A DNA stretch of 64,000 nucleotides. Source: Cyanidioschyzon merolae. Its lineage: Eukaryota. Every line of letters begins with the position of its first letter. The first letter of the stretch is position 1. Position numbers and translations under genes: made by a program. Below the pieces are notes generated by a model. That model was not told where the DNA came from. It made no database searches and saw only the letters and a list, made by a program, of their open reading frames with translations. Shown here piece by piece: positions 10,990-22,364 of this stretch. The stretch is taken from the NCBI GenBank assembly GCA_000091205.1, contig AP006501.2; one strand, given 5' to 3'.

Positions 10990-13745
10990 GCTCAGCTTAG
11001 CATACACCATGCGGTGCATCGTTTGGTTTCACGCGATGCCTCGCTTCCAGCCTCAGCGCGCAACGCTCCTCGAGATGTGTGTACGTCATCCTAAACGCAT
11101 CGATGGGAATCGAATACCATCGATGCCTGTTCTCGTTGCACACTCTAGGCGAAGGAGCTGGTGTGTTAACTTTTTTTGGGAACCGTGCGCCCTGCTCCGT
11201 ACGCTACTACGAGCCTCTGACTCTGGTCCTCCGTGAGGGCGCTCATCTGATTAAAAAAGTTGGCGAATGCAAGCCGTTTCCCTTTGCACAAGTTCAGTCG
11301 CTGACGAGCCCACCTGGGCTTTGTATACTCTTTCCGTAGCGCCTCGTCATGAGCAGCTTGAGTTCCCGTGGATTCCCGAAAAGCTTCAAAGGCCGCTTTG
11401 CGGCCCGTCAGTTTGTTCATCGCTTCCAGATGCTTCTTCATTCCTGAATTCCACGTCTCACTCTGTTTCCTTGCATTCATTATACCCGATTCTTGGTGAT
11501 ACCTCGCTCTTGAGAACTTTCAAAGACGCATGCCTTTCTGAAGTAAGTTGCCGTCGATACCATCTTTCGCACACTTGCGTGCAGCAATGGTTACGATCTT
11601 CGTGTTCTCGGGGCGAAGAGCAACGACAAATTCGTTCTCCTACGGGTTATACGTTCCAGGATCTGCCTCCTTTTTTTCTTCATGTTCCGCCAAGGGCGAC
11701 AACAAAGACGCATTAGGTCGATCCACCTTCAAGCGCCTGTAGTGAATGCATGTGGACACTCCATCGATATCGAACATCCCCGTGAATACCTTTTGCTTGC
11801 TGATTTTGAGACGTTTGAAATTGAAGATGTTCTTCCAGTACGTCTCCCGGTTTTCGCCGGTGAAGTCCTCCCTGCTAACATAGAACTCGGGACAGATCTG
11901 CTTCATGATTCCATGAAGGATTCTGGAGTCGATACTCACAAAATGTGACCTGATGTTGCACAACAGAACGATGTTGAAGCGCTTCCCCGTTAGGAAAGCC
12001 TTCCGTCTCTCCCACTCTTCATTTTTTCTCGACACGCCTCCTTTTCGGCCTTGCGTTCGAGTTCTCGATTCAAAAACACGAAATAGCGTAGCACGAGGTG
12101 ATAGCATCTTTCTTCATCTTTTATCATATCTGATCCCTGTTCTGTTGGGTTGACAAGCCCCGAGACCGCACGGTGCTCTTGAAAAGCCGCACGGATCACA
12201 GAAGCTTCATTCTTTCTCCTGGCTGATGCCTTCTTGTTGACGAATTCGATCTCCTGTTTATTCCTACAATTCTTCGTGATGCCGTTGATGATGGCCCATA
12301 TCGTTTTGCGAGAGAGGCCCGGGTAGAGTGCAAACACGGCGCGTATCACGAAACGTTCGATATTCACGATCATATGGTTCCTCGGGCTCGTGGGGTATCT
12401 CATCGCCCCGTATTCGGAAATACGCGAGTCACCCCTGTATCCAGTACCGTCGAAGCGGTATTTGGCGTGATTTTCGTGGAGGGCATGCACTCGCTCATTT
12501 TTCGTCGACGCGTCCCCTGTGCCAACCATCAGGTGACGAATAAAGTTCATGTTGAGAAACTCTTCCGAAACCTCGACTGTTTTGATGTCCGTCACGTCGT
12601 GATACATCCCCTGCACCAAATGCATCAGCCCTGAAGAAGCCTCACGAACACTCATGGAGTACGAATCGACATGGTTTCTGATGGATTCTCGCAACGTTTC
12701 CTTCTACGAGTCCTTGATAGGTCCAAGAGGACAGGCTTTCACAACCATATCGTCGTGCTGTCGTCATTCTGGGAGCTTCTGACATTGGACCTCCCGATTT
12801 TGCCTCTTCCTTTTGTCTTGCACTTCTGCGCTTGGTACTTTTGTTCGTTTTTTCTTATGCGGCAGCTGGCGGCACCTGCCCTCCAGGATCCTTCATTTCC
12901 GTGTCCAGGACTTTCCTTTGCTATTTTTTTGAAAAAAAAACGCACATTGAACGCTTCTGTTATGAAACACGTAAAATCACTTGAATACACTAATGTGAAC
13001 GTTGAAAGACGATTGAATTGAAACACTATAATTTGCAATGACTTGAACGCAGATGCAACTTGTACGTCGAAGCGACAAGTCGACGAACGGTCAGGATCGC
13101 GTTACATTTCAACGGCGACATGCGTGTCGCGTCTCGTGAAGGCCTGATCTCCCAGGTGCGCATATCGAACCTACTATATAGAATAAAGAGCAGAGACTCT
13201 AGATTCACCCGCAAATATGAATAGCCATATTTCTTTCCCCTCTACGATACACGTTAAACGCGGGAAAAGTTTCTTTATTGCGGATAGTTTGCTTCATAGG
13301 CGATGGGTCCCGCGAACCGGACGAGTCTGTCGAGGATGTGCTTCATGCGACTCTGCAGTACCGAGCGCTGTAGTGAGACCCCAGCAGCTCGTCGGCAACG
13401 CAGTCTATTCTGGGACTAGGGCCAGTTAGGCTGCGTCTGTGCGTCACCCTGGTCGCGGTGGACTCCTAGTATATCGCTTCGCGCTGCCACAGGAAGTACG
13501 CCAGTCCGCGCGGGTTTCAGGCTCCTAGAATGATAATGTATACCGATTCCATGTTGAATGAACCACGCCTCGGGCCGATGCTCCCAGTTGTATGGCAAAG
13601 CCGTTGCGTCCCCGGGCAGCATCTGCTTCAGCGGTATGCAAGCGCTACAGTGGGTGCTCGAAGCAGGCACTCGGCGCACCAAAGAACATACGAAACAACC
13701 AGTATATCCGAGAGGAATTATCGGTAATGGAACTTGAAGGTATGG
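10990..13745 (-). mobile_element. Fanzor/TnpB-like transposon, degenerate copy A (about 2.7 kb)
   Basis: Nucleotide and protein homology to 38255-40795 runs along the full length. Shared landmarks include APCSVRYYEPLT, [28 protein letters not shown], KRLAFANFFNQMSALTEDQSQRLVVAYGAG, LPxAARSDxLGVHxDQGDA, and the terminal motif ACGAAACAACCAGTATATCCGAGAG. The 3' (RuvC-III) end is diverged or lost. Confidence 0.55.
11166..12694 (-). pseudogene. Fanzor/TnpB-like nuclease pseudogene (copy A), with in-frame stops and a lost RuvC-I Asp
   Basis: Minus-strand ORFs 11990-12694 (234 aa, starts with Met), 11640-12107 and 11166-11480 together form one gene. Hand translation of the minus strand across 11560 gives [56 protein letters not shown]. 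This is the RuvC-I position but reads ALRPEN where copy B reads GADPGN, and it contains a TGA stop. The N-terminal 200 aa are about 50% identical to copy B. Confidence 0.5.
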
Positions 13746-14311
13746 TGCGGAATGATGGACACAATCTCGATTACCAATGTCCGTCGTGCAATCTGGGATT
13801 CACGGACAATGGAAACCTCATCGAAAAATTCACCAGTGAGATCAACACTCGGGCGATCGTGCGCGCCATTGCCAGTGGCGGACACCGGATCGCACATGCG
13901 CAAACAGATACCCATATACTTATGGAGGATCGTAACTTGCTCAATTTCTATCCAGGTACTTATATATACATAAATATATAATATGGCACACCATTGGAAA
14001 TCGAATCGAAAGCGGGAACGGCCGCGGGATCCATGCGCCGATGCGCCAGGCGTACGGGCGCACGACCCGCAAGGACATCGATGCATGCGCATCGCGCGAC
14101 CGTGATGCCGCGTTTGCCGCTTCCCAGATGCGCCGTCTGCGGAATCTTTCCCTGCACAGATGCGCTCGTGTACGCCGATGATGCACCTCCACCGTGATCC
14201 AAAAACATGTGATATGCAACGTTTTTTTTCGTTGTTGTTCTGCGAACGATACGTTCACTCCTATTCGAAGAAAAAGTCACTTGAATCAATCGATCTGAAA
14301 GCGATTCAACA

Positions 14312-16168
14312 ATGTCCAGGGAAGAGCGCGATGGATCAGCGGGTTTCGTGGAGCATGCTGCGACAGCAGCGCGTTCCCCTGACCCACCGTACGTCGGCAG
14401 AGAGCCGCTGCCCAGTGCTGCAGAACGAACCAATGCGGACGGTGCGTGCGATGAATTCGTACTTCCGATATCTCCAGAGGTGCCTGGTGGCGACCCCGAG
14501 CAGCCGACGACTGGCTTGACACCGTCGGAGCCTAGTGCGTCGCTCTCGGAGAAGCGGGAACCCTCGGCGGACTTTGGCCCTCGAAAGGGTGAGTCGCGTC
14601 GGGACTATTTGCGGCGCGAGTTCCAACAGCTTCGCTCCTACATCGTCGTCACATCGGCATATCTCCTATTTTCCCTGACCGATGGGGGCATTCGAATGAT
14701 CGTGCTGCTGTACTCGATTTTCCTGGGATTCTCCGCATTCGCAACAGCGCTCATGTTCTCGGCATACGAACTTGCTGGGGTGTCGACGAATATCATTGCC
14801 GGCATGATCGGGTCGGCTTGGGGAATTCGAGCCCCGCTACTGATTGGACTCGGGTTCCAGCTCCTCGGACTGGTCATGCTTTTCGTGTGGCAGGCAGACA
14901 ACCAGCATCTGCTTGGGGTGCGAGGCGCGGTCTACGTTGCGGCCGCTCAGGTGCTGAGCGGTGCCGCCAAGGACATGGTGAAACTCTCCGGCAAGTCCAT
15001 ATCTCGGCTCGTGACCCCGGAATCGAAACAAACGCGCCTCTTTCGTCTGGTAGGGTTCATCACTGGCTTTAAGAATACGTTCAAAGGCCTCGGGTACATC
15101 ATGGGTGCATCGATCGTGTTTGTTTCCTACTATGCCGCACTTGGTGTGATGGTCGGGATCGTTCTCATCGTCGCTGTGATCGTTTGGTTCGGGCTGGACT
15201 GGGAGACTGGGCGTATACCGCACGACTATGTCTCGCTGAGGCGCATGCTCACTGTGAATCACAACGTTGGTTTTCTCTGTCTCGCGCGGATATTTCTCTT
15301 CGGTGTACGTGATCTGTGGCTCGAAGTTCCGATACTGTACTTCCTCCAGAACCAAAAGTATGGGTTCTCCTGGCCGGACTATGCCGTGGGTCTGTTTGTT
15401 GGCCTCTACACGGTACAGTACGGTCAGATACAGAGCTGGGCGCCGCAGTACTTGCTTCGGCCGCTCGGACAGATGCCGTCCAATCGTTATACGCTTCTGT
15501 TCTGGAACATACTTCTTTTGCCGGTGGTTGTCTTTATGGCTGCCTTTATTCAATGGTCCCCGACATTTGCCAATCATGATGTGAATGGCATGATTGGGTT
15601 CGTGATTGTGACGGTGTTCGCGTTCTCGTTCGTTTTCGCCGTGAATTCGTCAGCGCATAGTTACATGATCGTCAAGTACACGTCCGGCGACAAGGTCGCC
15701 ATGACAGTAGGTTTTTACTACATGACCAACGCTATTGGCCGCTTCATTGGTACCTTTTTCGGTGGACTGCTCTATACCTACGTCAGTTCCGACAAAGTCG
15801 AAAGTCTGGCTGCATGTTTCTGGACATCGGTCGGATTCATTCTGGCAGCTGAGGTCTTTACCTATTTCCTTCATGATAATGTTGGCGGATTCCGATGCGG
15901 CCCCTGTTTCGCGTACGCCGTGGATGCAGAAGACTCGGAGGTCAGTCGGAGCAAGGTTGATCTCATCGAGGGCAAACCCGCATCATCATTCTTGGATTCA
16001 GATACTCACATGAACAACAAGCTCGAGAAAGCCGAGCTCAGTCCAGCATATCAGGGCAACCAGTTCGCCGGCGTGCCGCGCACAGCGTACAGCACTGGCA
16101 GCGAAGAGACGCAAGCTGAAATACCAGGATCCCAGATCCGGAACGAACGTGACCGAAATGAGCGCTAG
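14312..16168 (+). CDS. Polytopic membrane protein, major-facilitator-superfamily-like transporter (tentative)
   Basis: The 618-aa ORF has about 12 hydrophobic segments after a roughly 110-aa low-complexity N-terminus. NIIAGMIGSAWGIRAPLLIGLGFQ resembles the MFS loop 2-3 motif G-x-L-a-D-r-x-G-r-r. It is the longest ORF here; the antisense ORF 14837-15577 is rejected. Confidence 0.5.
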   Translation: MSREERDGSAGFVEHAATAARSPDPPYVGREPLPSAAERTNADGACDEFVLPISPEVPGGDPEQPTTGLTPSEPSASLSEKREPSADFGPRKGESRRDYLRREFQQLRSYIVVTSAYLLFSLTDGGIRMIVLLYSIFLGFSAFATALMFSAYELAGVSTNIIAGMIGSAWGIRAPLLIGLGFQLLGLVMLFVWQADNQHLLGVRGAVYVAAAQVLSGAAKDMVKLSGKSISRLVTPESKQTRLFRLVGFITGFKNTFKGLGYIMGASIVFVSYYAALGVMVGIVLIVAVIVWFGLDWETGRIPHDYVSLRRMLTVNHNVGFLCLARIFLFGVRDLWLEVPILYFLQNQKYGFSWPDYAVGLFVGLYTVQYGQIQSWAPQYLLRPLGQMPSNRYTLLFWNILLLPVVVFMAAFIQWSPTFANHDVNGMIGFVIVTVFAFSFVFAVNSSAHSYMIVKYTSGDKVAMTVGFYYMTNAIGRFIGTFFGGLLYTYVSSDKVESLAACFWTSVGFILAAEVFTYFLHDNVGGFRCGPCFAYAVDAEDSEVSRSKVDLIEGKPASSFLDSDTHMNNKLEKAELSPAYQGNQFAGVPRTAYSTGSEETQAEIPGSQIRNERDRNER

Positions 16169-16299
16169 CACTAGCGTTTGTGGGTCTGCGTGTGCTGTTT
16201 TCGCAGAGTGATCGAAAATGCTTCCTCAACGCAAAATTTGGTTTAAGGAAATGGTCCATCCGACAATCACATCCAGCGAGATTGTAAAGTTACGACCCA

Positions 16300-17103
16300 T
16301 CAGTATCGACGCTGATGCATCGACGTGATCTTCTCCATGAAGAGCCGTTGTCGCTCGCGTACGCTCAGCTTGCTCACGAGCTCAGGCGAGGCCAACGGAT
16401 CGTTGCCTCGGGACCGACCACCGTGAGGGCTCGCTCCGCTGCTCTCCCGACGCATCTGGCTCGAAGCGTCCGCTGCCTGCACATCCGACACACTCGCCGC
16501 TTCAAGACGATCGCAAAGCTCCTGCAACTTGCTCTCCGCGTATTCGCGACGCTGCATCTCGAGAGTCAGGGCCTCGGTCATCTCCTGGCGAAAGCGCTCA
16601 AAACGTTCCCGCAGTGTGTCGAGTTCGGTCTCAAGGTCGGCACATCGGTAGCGCCAATATTGTTCTCCGGTGCCCGCCGGGTGCTCTGGAGCTGAGCGCG
16701 CTTTCGCAGATAAGTTGATCGGCTGCTTCCATAGGGTTGCGGGATCAGCGCCCTCTTCGGAGACTGCGCTCGCGTCGGCCGCTCCAGTCGTGGACACGTT
16801 TTCCAAGTTGCCGTCAAGGCGCTTCGTGTTCGGCTCCTCCTCCGCCGCCGCTGTGATGTTCAGTTCCCGCAAGGCTTGCTCCAGCTCAGCTTGCCCGAGT
16901 TCTCGGCAGTAGTTCTTGGGCAGCCAGCCCTGTGCACCATCGCGCAAACGTTTCCCATGCACCCATTTTGAGTCTGAGACCGTTTCCCCGACTGCAAGGA
17001 TATCACCTCGTTCCAGTTTCAGTTGCCCTTTACCTTCCTTACCAGCAGGAGGGTTATAAGGATACCTGCACTTGACCAAACGCTGCATGATCTTTTCTTT
17101 CAC
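16300..17103 (-). CDS. SH3-domain protein with a C-terminal coiled coil
   Basis: The N-terminus KCRYPYNPPAGKEGKGQLKLERGDILAVGETVSDSKWVHGKRLRDGAQGWLPKNYCREL has the SH3 signature (ALYDY-like start, W..G, G.G.FP.NYV-like end). It is followed by a charged helical region. Length is 267 aa. Confidence 0.6.
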   Translation of the reverse strand: MKEKIMQRLVKCRYPYNPPAGKEGKGQLKLERGDILAVGETVSDSKWVHGKRLRDGAQGWLPKNYCRELGQAELEQALRELNITAAAEEEPNTKRLDGNLENVSTTGAADASAVSEEGADPATLWKQPINLSAKARSAPEHPAGTGEQYWRYRCADLETELDTLRERFERFRQEMTEALTLEMQRREYAESKLQELCDRLEAASVSDVQAADASSQMRRESSGASPHGGRSRGNDPLASPELVSKLSVRERQRLFMEKITSMHQRRY

Positions 17104-17947
17104 AAGAACGGAAGCGCAGCGCGATCAGACGGTACCGAGAGCGCCCGTGGCTATCGCGCTCGTCGGGGTGCAGAGAAAACCGCGGCGAGGCGCGCGGATC
17201 GGCGATTTGAATTTCCTGTGGATGGTGTCGTATGGATGCATGGGAGAAGGTGTCCACGAATTCCGCCATTGTTGTTGGCAACCGGGACAGCAGCCACCAC
17301 TTCAATCCAATATTGTCGAATGCCAGTAGTTAGAAGCGGGATTGGCTTTCAGAGACCATGATTCATTCATGTGAGGCTTCGGATTCTAAGCGTACCGTTC
17401 GTGGTCTTTGCGATTGGCTCACGCGAACGTCGCGCTGTTGTGCTGAAGCGGCCCGATATCACTCGGTTGTGCAGTTTCCGATCTTTCGATATACCTGCGT
17501 CAGATGAAAATGGGAATGAGAATCATAAGATCTGCTCGCACTTCTCGGTTTTACGGACTATTTATTCGATTTGTAGTTTTAGTGGTATAAGTGCAGCAGT
17601 GAGGGTTTGTGGACTCAGAGGTAGTTTTTCGGATTCTTTGTCGTGTTTTTCAGAGTGAATTGCTCGGCGCGTTGCGCTTGAATTCATTACGTCATTATCC
17701 GTACGATCATTCGGGACGCGGTCGAACGCGGTCTTATGAAACAAGAGATTAGAGTATCCAGTGTTTGGGTAGAAGCCTCCACGCTTCTCCGCATCCTTGC
17801 GTGTCGCTTGACCGGCTCCTGCGTTCTTCAAGTTTTCGATCACTCTGTGCCAAGACAACTGGCGGGTGCAGCAATTTGCGCCGTTCGACTGATAAGTGAA
17901 AATATGGCCGGGAACACGATAAACATTTCACGACAATGTAGGGAAAA

Positions 17948-18256
17948 TTAGTGTCCATTCGCAGATATCTTGCAGCTTTTTGCTGGCCGGCCATCAGCAA
18001 CCGGTTTCAGTGTAGCCAGACATGCTTCGAGCCTGAGAGGCTGCCCCATAAAGTTAGATAGCCTCAGCTCCGCGGGTCTCGTCCTGGGCACCGCGCATCC
18101 CCTGATATCGATGGTGGCAAGGAAGTCACGGTTCACGAACTCCATGCAGGCACTGCCGCTGGTTGAACGCACCTCTGCAAGGAGTCCCCGAACTCGTATC
18201 TTCTGTGCCACTACAATCTCGTCATCGTGCTGTCGGGCAAACACATTTTTTGTCAT
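17948..18256 (-). pseudogene. Fanzor/TnpB C-terminal (RuvC-III region) fragment, copy 2
   Basis: DEIVVAQKIRVRGLLAEVRSTSGSACMEFVNRDFLATIDIRGCAVPRTRPAELRLSNF aligns with copy B KVRGLLALVSTTPNGKKLMEFMNRDFNAAINIRKYALMEKRPPELTRELF. The NAAxNI core is mutated. Confidence 0.5.
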
Positions 18257-18508
18257 CTATAGCTTCTCTTCTTTTCCTGTTTTGCTGCTTGCGCCTCTTC
18301 GCTCAATGGTTGGCGAGAAGGGAATTTTTATTGGCTTTTTTTTGTCGAACCCGGCGATGACGGCCCTCCAGGATCCTCGACTTGCATGTCCATACCTCTC
18401 ACATGGATTTGTTATCTTTGATAATGAACGCAATTCTTTGTGCCCTTAGGTGAGAACCTTCTCTGAGGGTGAAGGACCTGCGGTGGAAAGTCGACATTTA
18501 CCCTGGTG

Positions 18509-19246
18509 TCACTGTGTGCTGAACGCTTCAGCGATTCGCCAAACGGTGCGGTCATTACGTTTCAGGATGGAAAACACTCCTTCGACAGGGATGAACTTTC
18601 GTGAGCACGGAGATATGATAAACAGATCTGTCACGATAGAATCGCCAAGAGCTCGAACGCAAAGGTAAGAGCAATCGTTCCGTTGTTCAATAGAAGGACG
18701 GCGCCGGACGTCAGCGAAAAGTCTTCGATGATTCGACAAAGTGGCTGGTGCTGTTTTACGAGCCCCCTCTGCACGAACGAACCTGTGGCCGCGAACTGAA
18801 TCCACTGCAGCTAGAACAGATGATGATATCCTCATTCTCGTTCAGTTCGATAGCACATACAACGGGCTCTCTCTAAGTACATACCCATGGACGCCCCCAC
18901 CGTTTCGTCCGAAACAAGTCTTATTGACCGAAAGAACGGACCGACGTTCCTGTACTTTATATCGATCGCTGGGTTTCAGGAATACTGCAGTAGCTGCACT
19001 TTCGGAGGACGAAGGCCGTGCGTGAACTCGGGCTCTTCTTTGGCAACAGTATCCCAGTGTTTTCAGGATCACCGGAACAAGCTGTTGAGGAACAGAGACC
19101 CCTGTGGCACCTACTGTATTTGCTTTTGCATCCCTTAAGGCGGCAAACGGGTCGTATGCTATCATGTACCTCAACCATTCTTCGAGAACATCAGTTTTTA
19201 TTATGGAGCGCATCTCCTTCTGTCTATCCCAGTGTTCCTCAACCAT
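18509..19246 (-). pseudogene. Tc1/mariner-like transposase N-terminal remnant (copy 2), frameshifted
   Basis: ATGVSVPQQLVPVILKTLGYCCQRRARVHARP aligns with the Tc1 HTH region. RSVLSVNKTCFGRNGGGVHGYVLRES aligns with Tc1 VVFSDESKFELFGSDGRQYVRRP, where the catalytic Asp has become Asn. SSVLAAVDSVRGHRFV aligns with Tc1 KFGGGSVMVWG in a different frame. Confidence 0.45.
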
Positions 19247-19574
19247 CTGAATACTGTTGTCTGACTGGCCTGAGGGAAAAGGGCAGTCCTCCTTTACTAT
19301 CTCGTTGCGAATATATATCCTACAGAAAATTCATTTACGATCTGTTCGGTACATTGCGTCGCGGTGTCGATCCCATGCCATACACTGCGAAAAAGCATCC
19401 GATGACACACAGCGGACATGGAACCGAATTCAGCTTGGAAGACAATACATCGATCAGGTGTCGCTCGTTTCAGCTGTGAACCGTGCGCGTCAACGGCGCT
19501 CTTGTTCGAGCAACAGCATACGTAGGAGCGAGCCTTGGACAAGGCTTCAGCGTTTCGGCTCGTTTTCACAGTAC

Positions 19575-20834
19575 ATGGACTCAGATCGCGTGGCAGAAGC
19601 TAAAGCACTTGAGGCGGCTCACGAATATGAGGCCGAGGCCTTGTACCGCTCCATCATCACGGAGCCTCTGCCTGAGAACGGGGCGGAAATCGCACAAAAA
19701 GAGAAAGAGTCAGCAATTGTGGCGCTGATCGAACTGCTTGGTCACAGGAACCGCATAGCAGACCTGGCAGAGTTGGCGCGCTGGTTGCGCCCCTATTTTG
19801 ATGCAGTTCCGAAAGCAAAGACTGCGAAGATCGTACGTACGCTCATTGAAACGCTCAGCCGCTGTCCAGGTTCTGGTGAGGTCTTGTTGGCGCTCTGTCA
19901 CGAGGTTGTGCAGTGGTGCCGCGACGAAAAGCGCACGTTTCTTCGTCAACGTGTGGAAACGCGATTGGCTTCCCTCTACCTGGAACGCAAGCAGTACCCC
20001 GAGGCGTTGGCGCTGATCACGAGTTTGCTTCACGAAGTGCGGCGCATGGACGACAGAGGTCTATTGCTGGAAGTGCAACTGTTGGAAACGCGACTTCATC
20101 ACGCGTTGCGGAACATTTCAAAGGCACGAGCAGCGCTAACAGGCGCACGAGCTACCGCCAACGCCATCTATGTGCCGCCAGCGTTGCAAGGAGAGATTGA
20201 TCTCTGGGCAGGTATAATCTATGCAGAAGAACGCGACTACAAGACTGCTTTCTCCTACTTTTACGAATCCTTTGAAGTCTTCGCATCAATCGATGACTCG
20301 CGCGCTCTCGACAGTCTCAAGTACCTTCTTCTCTGCAAGGTCATGACGCAGCAGACCGGTGAGATTGCCGCGCTCCTGCAGGGCCGAGTTGCGCTTCGCT
20401 ATCAAGGTCGAGAGCTCGATGCAATGCGGGAACTAGCCGCCGCCTGCGAGAAGCGCTCGGTACAGGACCTTGAACAAGTGCTCCGCACCAATCAGCAGTT
20501 TCTAACCGAGGATCCGATTATTAGGAACCATCTGGATGAGCTCTATCAGAAACTACTGGAGCGCAACATCCTGCGAATCATCGAACCGTATCATCGTGTC
20601 GATTTAGCCCATATCGCACGCAAGCTTGCAATGCCACTTCCGCAGATCGAGGCGAAATGCTCGCAAATGATTCTCGATGGGAAACTGAACGGCATCATCG
20701 ATCAGGGTGCGGGCTGTCTGATCGTCCACGAATCGACGCAGACCGATGCGCTGTGCCAGGACGCAAATCGTTTGATCAAGAACCTTGATGAAGCGGTATC
20801 GAATCTTTTCATGTTGGCTGCGCGTTTGCGGTAA
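19575..20834 (+). CDS. RPN6: 26S proteasome regulatory subunit Rpn6 / PSMD11 (PCI domain)
   Basis: The 420-aa protein starts at atggactcagatcgc (19575), inside the longer ORF 19257-20834. Long collinear matches to PSMD11 include EKRTFLRQRVETRLASLYLERKQYPEAL, LLLEVQLLETRLHHALRNISKARAALTGARATANAIYVPP, AFSYFYESFE, SLKYLLLCKVM, IIEPYHRVDLAHIA and QMILDGKLNGIIDQGAGCLIV. Confidence 0.9.
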   Translation: MDSDRVAEAKALEAAHEYEAEALYRSIITEPLPENGAEIAQKEKESAIVALIELLGHRNRIADLAELARWLRPYFDAVPKAKTAKIVRTLIETLSRCPGSGEVLLALCHEVVQWCRDEKRTFLRQRVETRLASLYLERKQYPEALALITSLLHEVRRMDDRGLLLEVQLLETRLHHALRNISKARAALTGARATANAIYVPPALQGEIDLWAGIIYAEERDYKTAFSYFYESFEVFASIDDSRALDSLKYLLLCKVMTQQTGEIAALLQGRVALRYQGRELDAMRELAAACEKRSVQDLEQVLRTNQQFLTEDPIIRNHLDELYQKLLERNILRIIEPYHRVDLAHIARKLAMPLPQIEAKCSQMILDGKLNGIIDQGAGCLIVHESTQTDALCQDANRLIKNLDEAVSNLFMLAARLR

Positions 20835-20854
20835 ACGAAGGCCTCTCTGGCTCC

Positions 20855-20882
20855 TGTGTGTGTGTATGTGTGTGTGTGTGTC
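20855..20882. repeat. (GT)n dinucleotide microsatellite
   Basis: tgtgtgtgtgtatgtgtgtgtgtgtgtc lies immediately 3' of Rpn6. Confidence 0.9.
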
Positions 20883-22364
20883 TATCGATCACTCGGTCGG
20901 CCGCTCGTTGCCTGCGGCATCGGGTATATGCGGGTTGCCGCGCCTACATCGCATCGATCAGGGGCGGCGTTCCTGTGCTTCGTTCACATCTGCGCTCTGC
21001 AAGCTATGCGGATGCTGCTGGTCGCTTCGCCTGGTCGAGGCAGTGGAACAGGTCTCAGTCCATGGGGCGTGCAAGTTCGCGCGCATGCTTGTGGGGCGTT
21101 CGTCCACGCATGCGGCACCCTGGCGAACACGCTGGTGCACGATGCCGACACTCGTCAATCTCCTCGTAACCATAGCAGATAATGTGAATCGCGTGTAATG
21201 ATATCGTTCTTTAGGCGGCATGTGACACGAGTTTATGAACTTTGGTCTCGCAAGAATTTGGTTCAGCGAGGACGCTGCGTTTCTAGAGGCACAGCCCTGG
21301 CTCATGATGAAATAGCAATGGTGATGCGAGGTGCGCTTTCCCGCGAAGCTGTCTCTCTCCACCCAAGCGAGTTGATGAACGCCACCTAACAAAAAGATCG
21401 GTATCATGCGATGACCGGGAGCACGACCTCTCTCGCTATCCGAATCGAAAGCAGCTGCCTCTGGTGATGGCTGGAAAGCTTTTCCTTTCGAGAGAGCTCC
21501 AAGGCACGCAGCTCTACAGGCAATTCCTGCTGATGCGGTAACGTCGGTCGCGCATGTCCTTTCGAGGGGATTCCTGAGAATCGCGCGACAAGCCCAGCTC
21601 AATGATTGGACCTGCTCCAAGGTCGCTGCGGTTGCTCCGGCTACTTCAGCGTCGCACCCAGGTTCCAATTGCTCGAGTCGCATCTGTCAGGGCCATGAAC
21701 ATCGGCGACGGCAACCGCAAGAACAATAAGACATCCAAACCCGAGGTCACCAGTTTCTGAGCATTGGACTCGCCTGTGCGTCGGTGGGCAACGAAACCGA
21801 TGCCTCGACAGGCGCTTCGGGGCAGTCATTCTCGCGATGCGCTCCATAAGAAGAGCGCTCATCTGTGATATGAAGCGTCCATTCGAAAGGTAGTGCGTAC
21901 ACCAGTCGACTAGCTGGGTCGTCTCGAGCGCTTCATAGCTGCTGTGGCTTGTGGCGATGGACGGCTGGCCGGAACGGCCTCTCGCGAACCTCATTTCACT
22001 CTGGTGACTGCCCAGAGTCAGCGATAGGCGCGAATAAGCACGTTCGCCTGCCATACGTATGCATCCTAGATGTCTCGGTCCGTTTCTATGTATCCGTTCA
22101 TGAGCAAAGCAGGTATGCGATCGCCAATATCACCTTCTGGATCTGCTCACGCCGATTCCGTGTACATCTCGATCAGTTCCTCCCATCAACGCTGCTGCTA
22201 TCGTCTTCGTCGTTCCGGTTCGAGGCTCGCGAATGGCAACACATCTGCGGACGCTCACAGCACCATTCGCAAGTACGCATCGGCAAAGCGACCAGCGCCC
22301 AATGCTCAGACGACGGCGATGTGCGTTCCGTTCAAACCGCATGGAGCGTCGTTGCCAATATGAA

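Larger units (their letters stand above)
17948..19385 (-). mobile_element. Composite transposon relic, copy 2: Tc1/mariner-like transposase N-terminus plus Fanzor/TnpB C-terminal fragment
   Basis: This is homologous to 995-2260 read in reverse orientation. Minus-strand ORFs 18842-19246 and 18509-18835 carry the Tc1-like blocks (GVSVPQQLVPVILKTLGY, KTCFGRNGGGVHGY, SSVLAAVDSVRGHRFV). Minus-strand ORF 17948-18256 carries MEFVNRDFLATIDIRGCAV, a degenerate form of RDxNAAxNI. Confidence 0.5.

Noticed and set aside
14837-15577. 246-aa minus-strand ORF
   Set aside because: It is antisense to the 618-aa multi-TM transporter-like ORF, which is longer and has a coherent hydrophobic topology.
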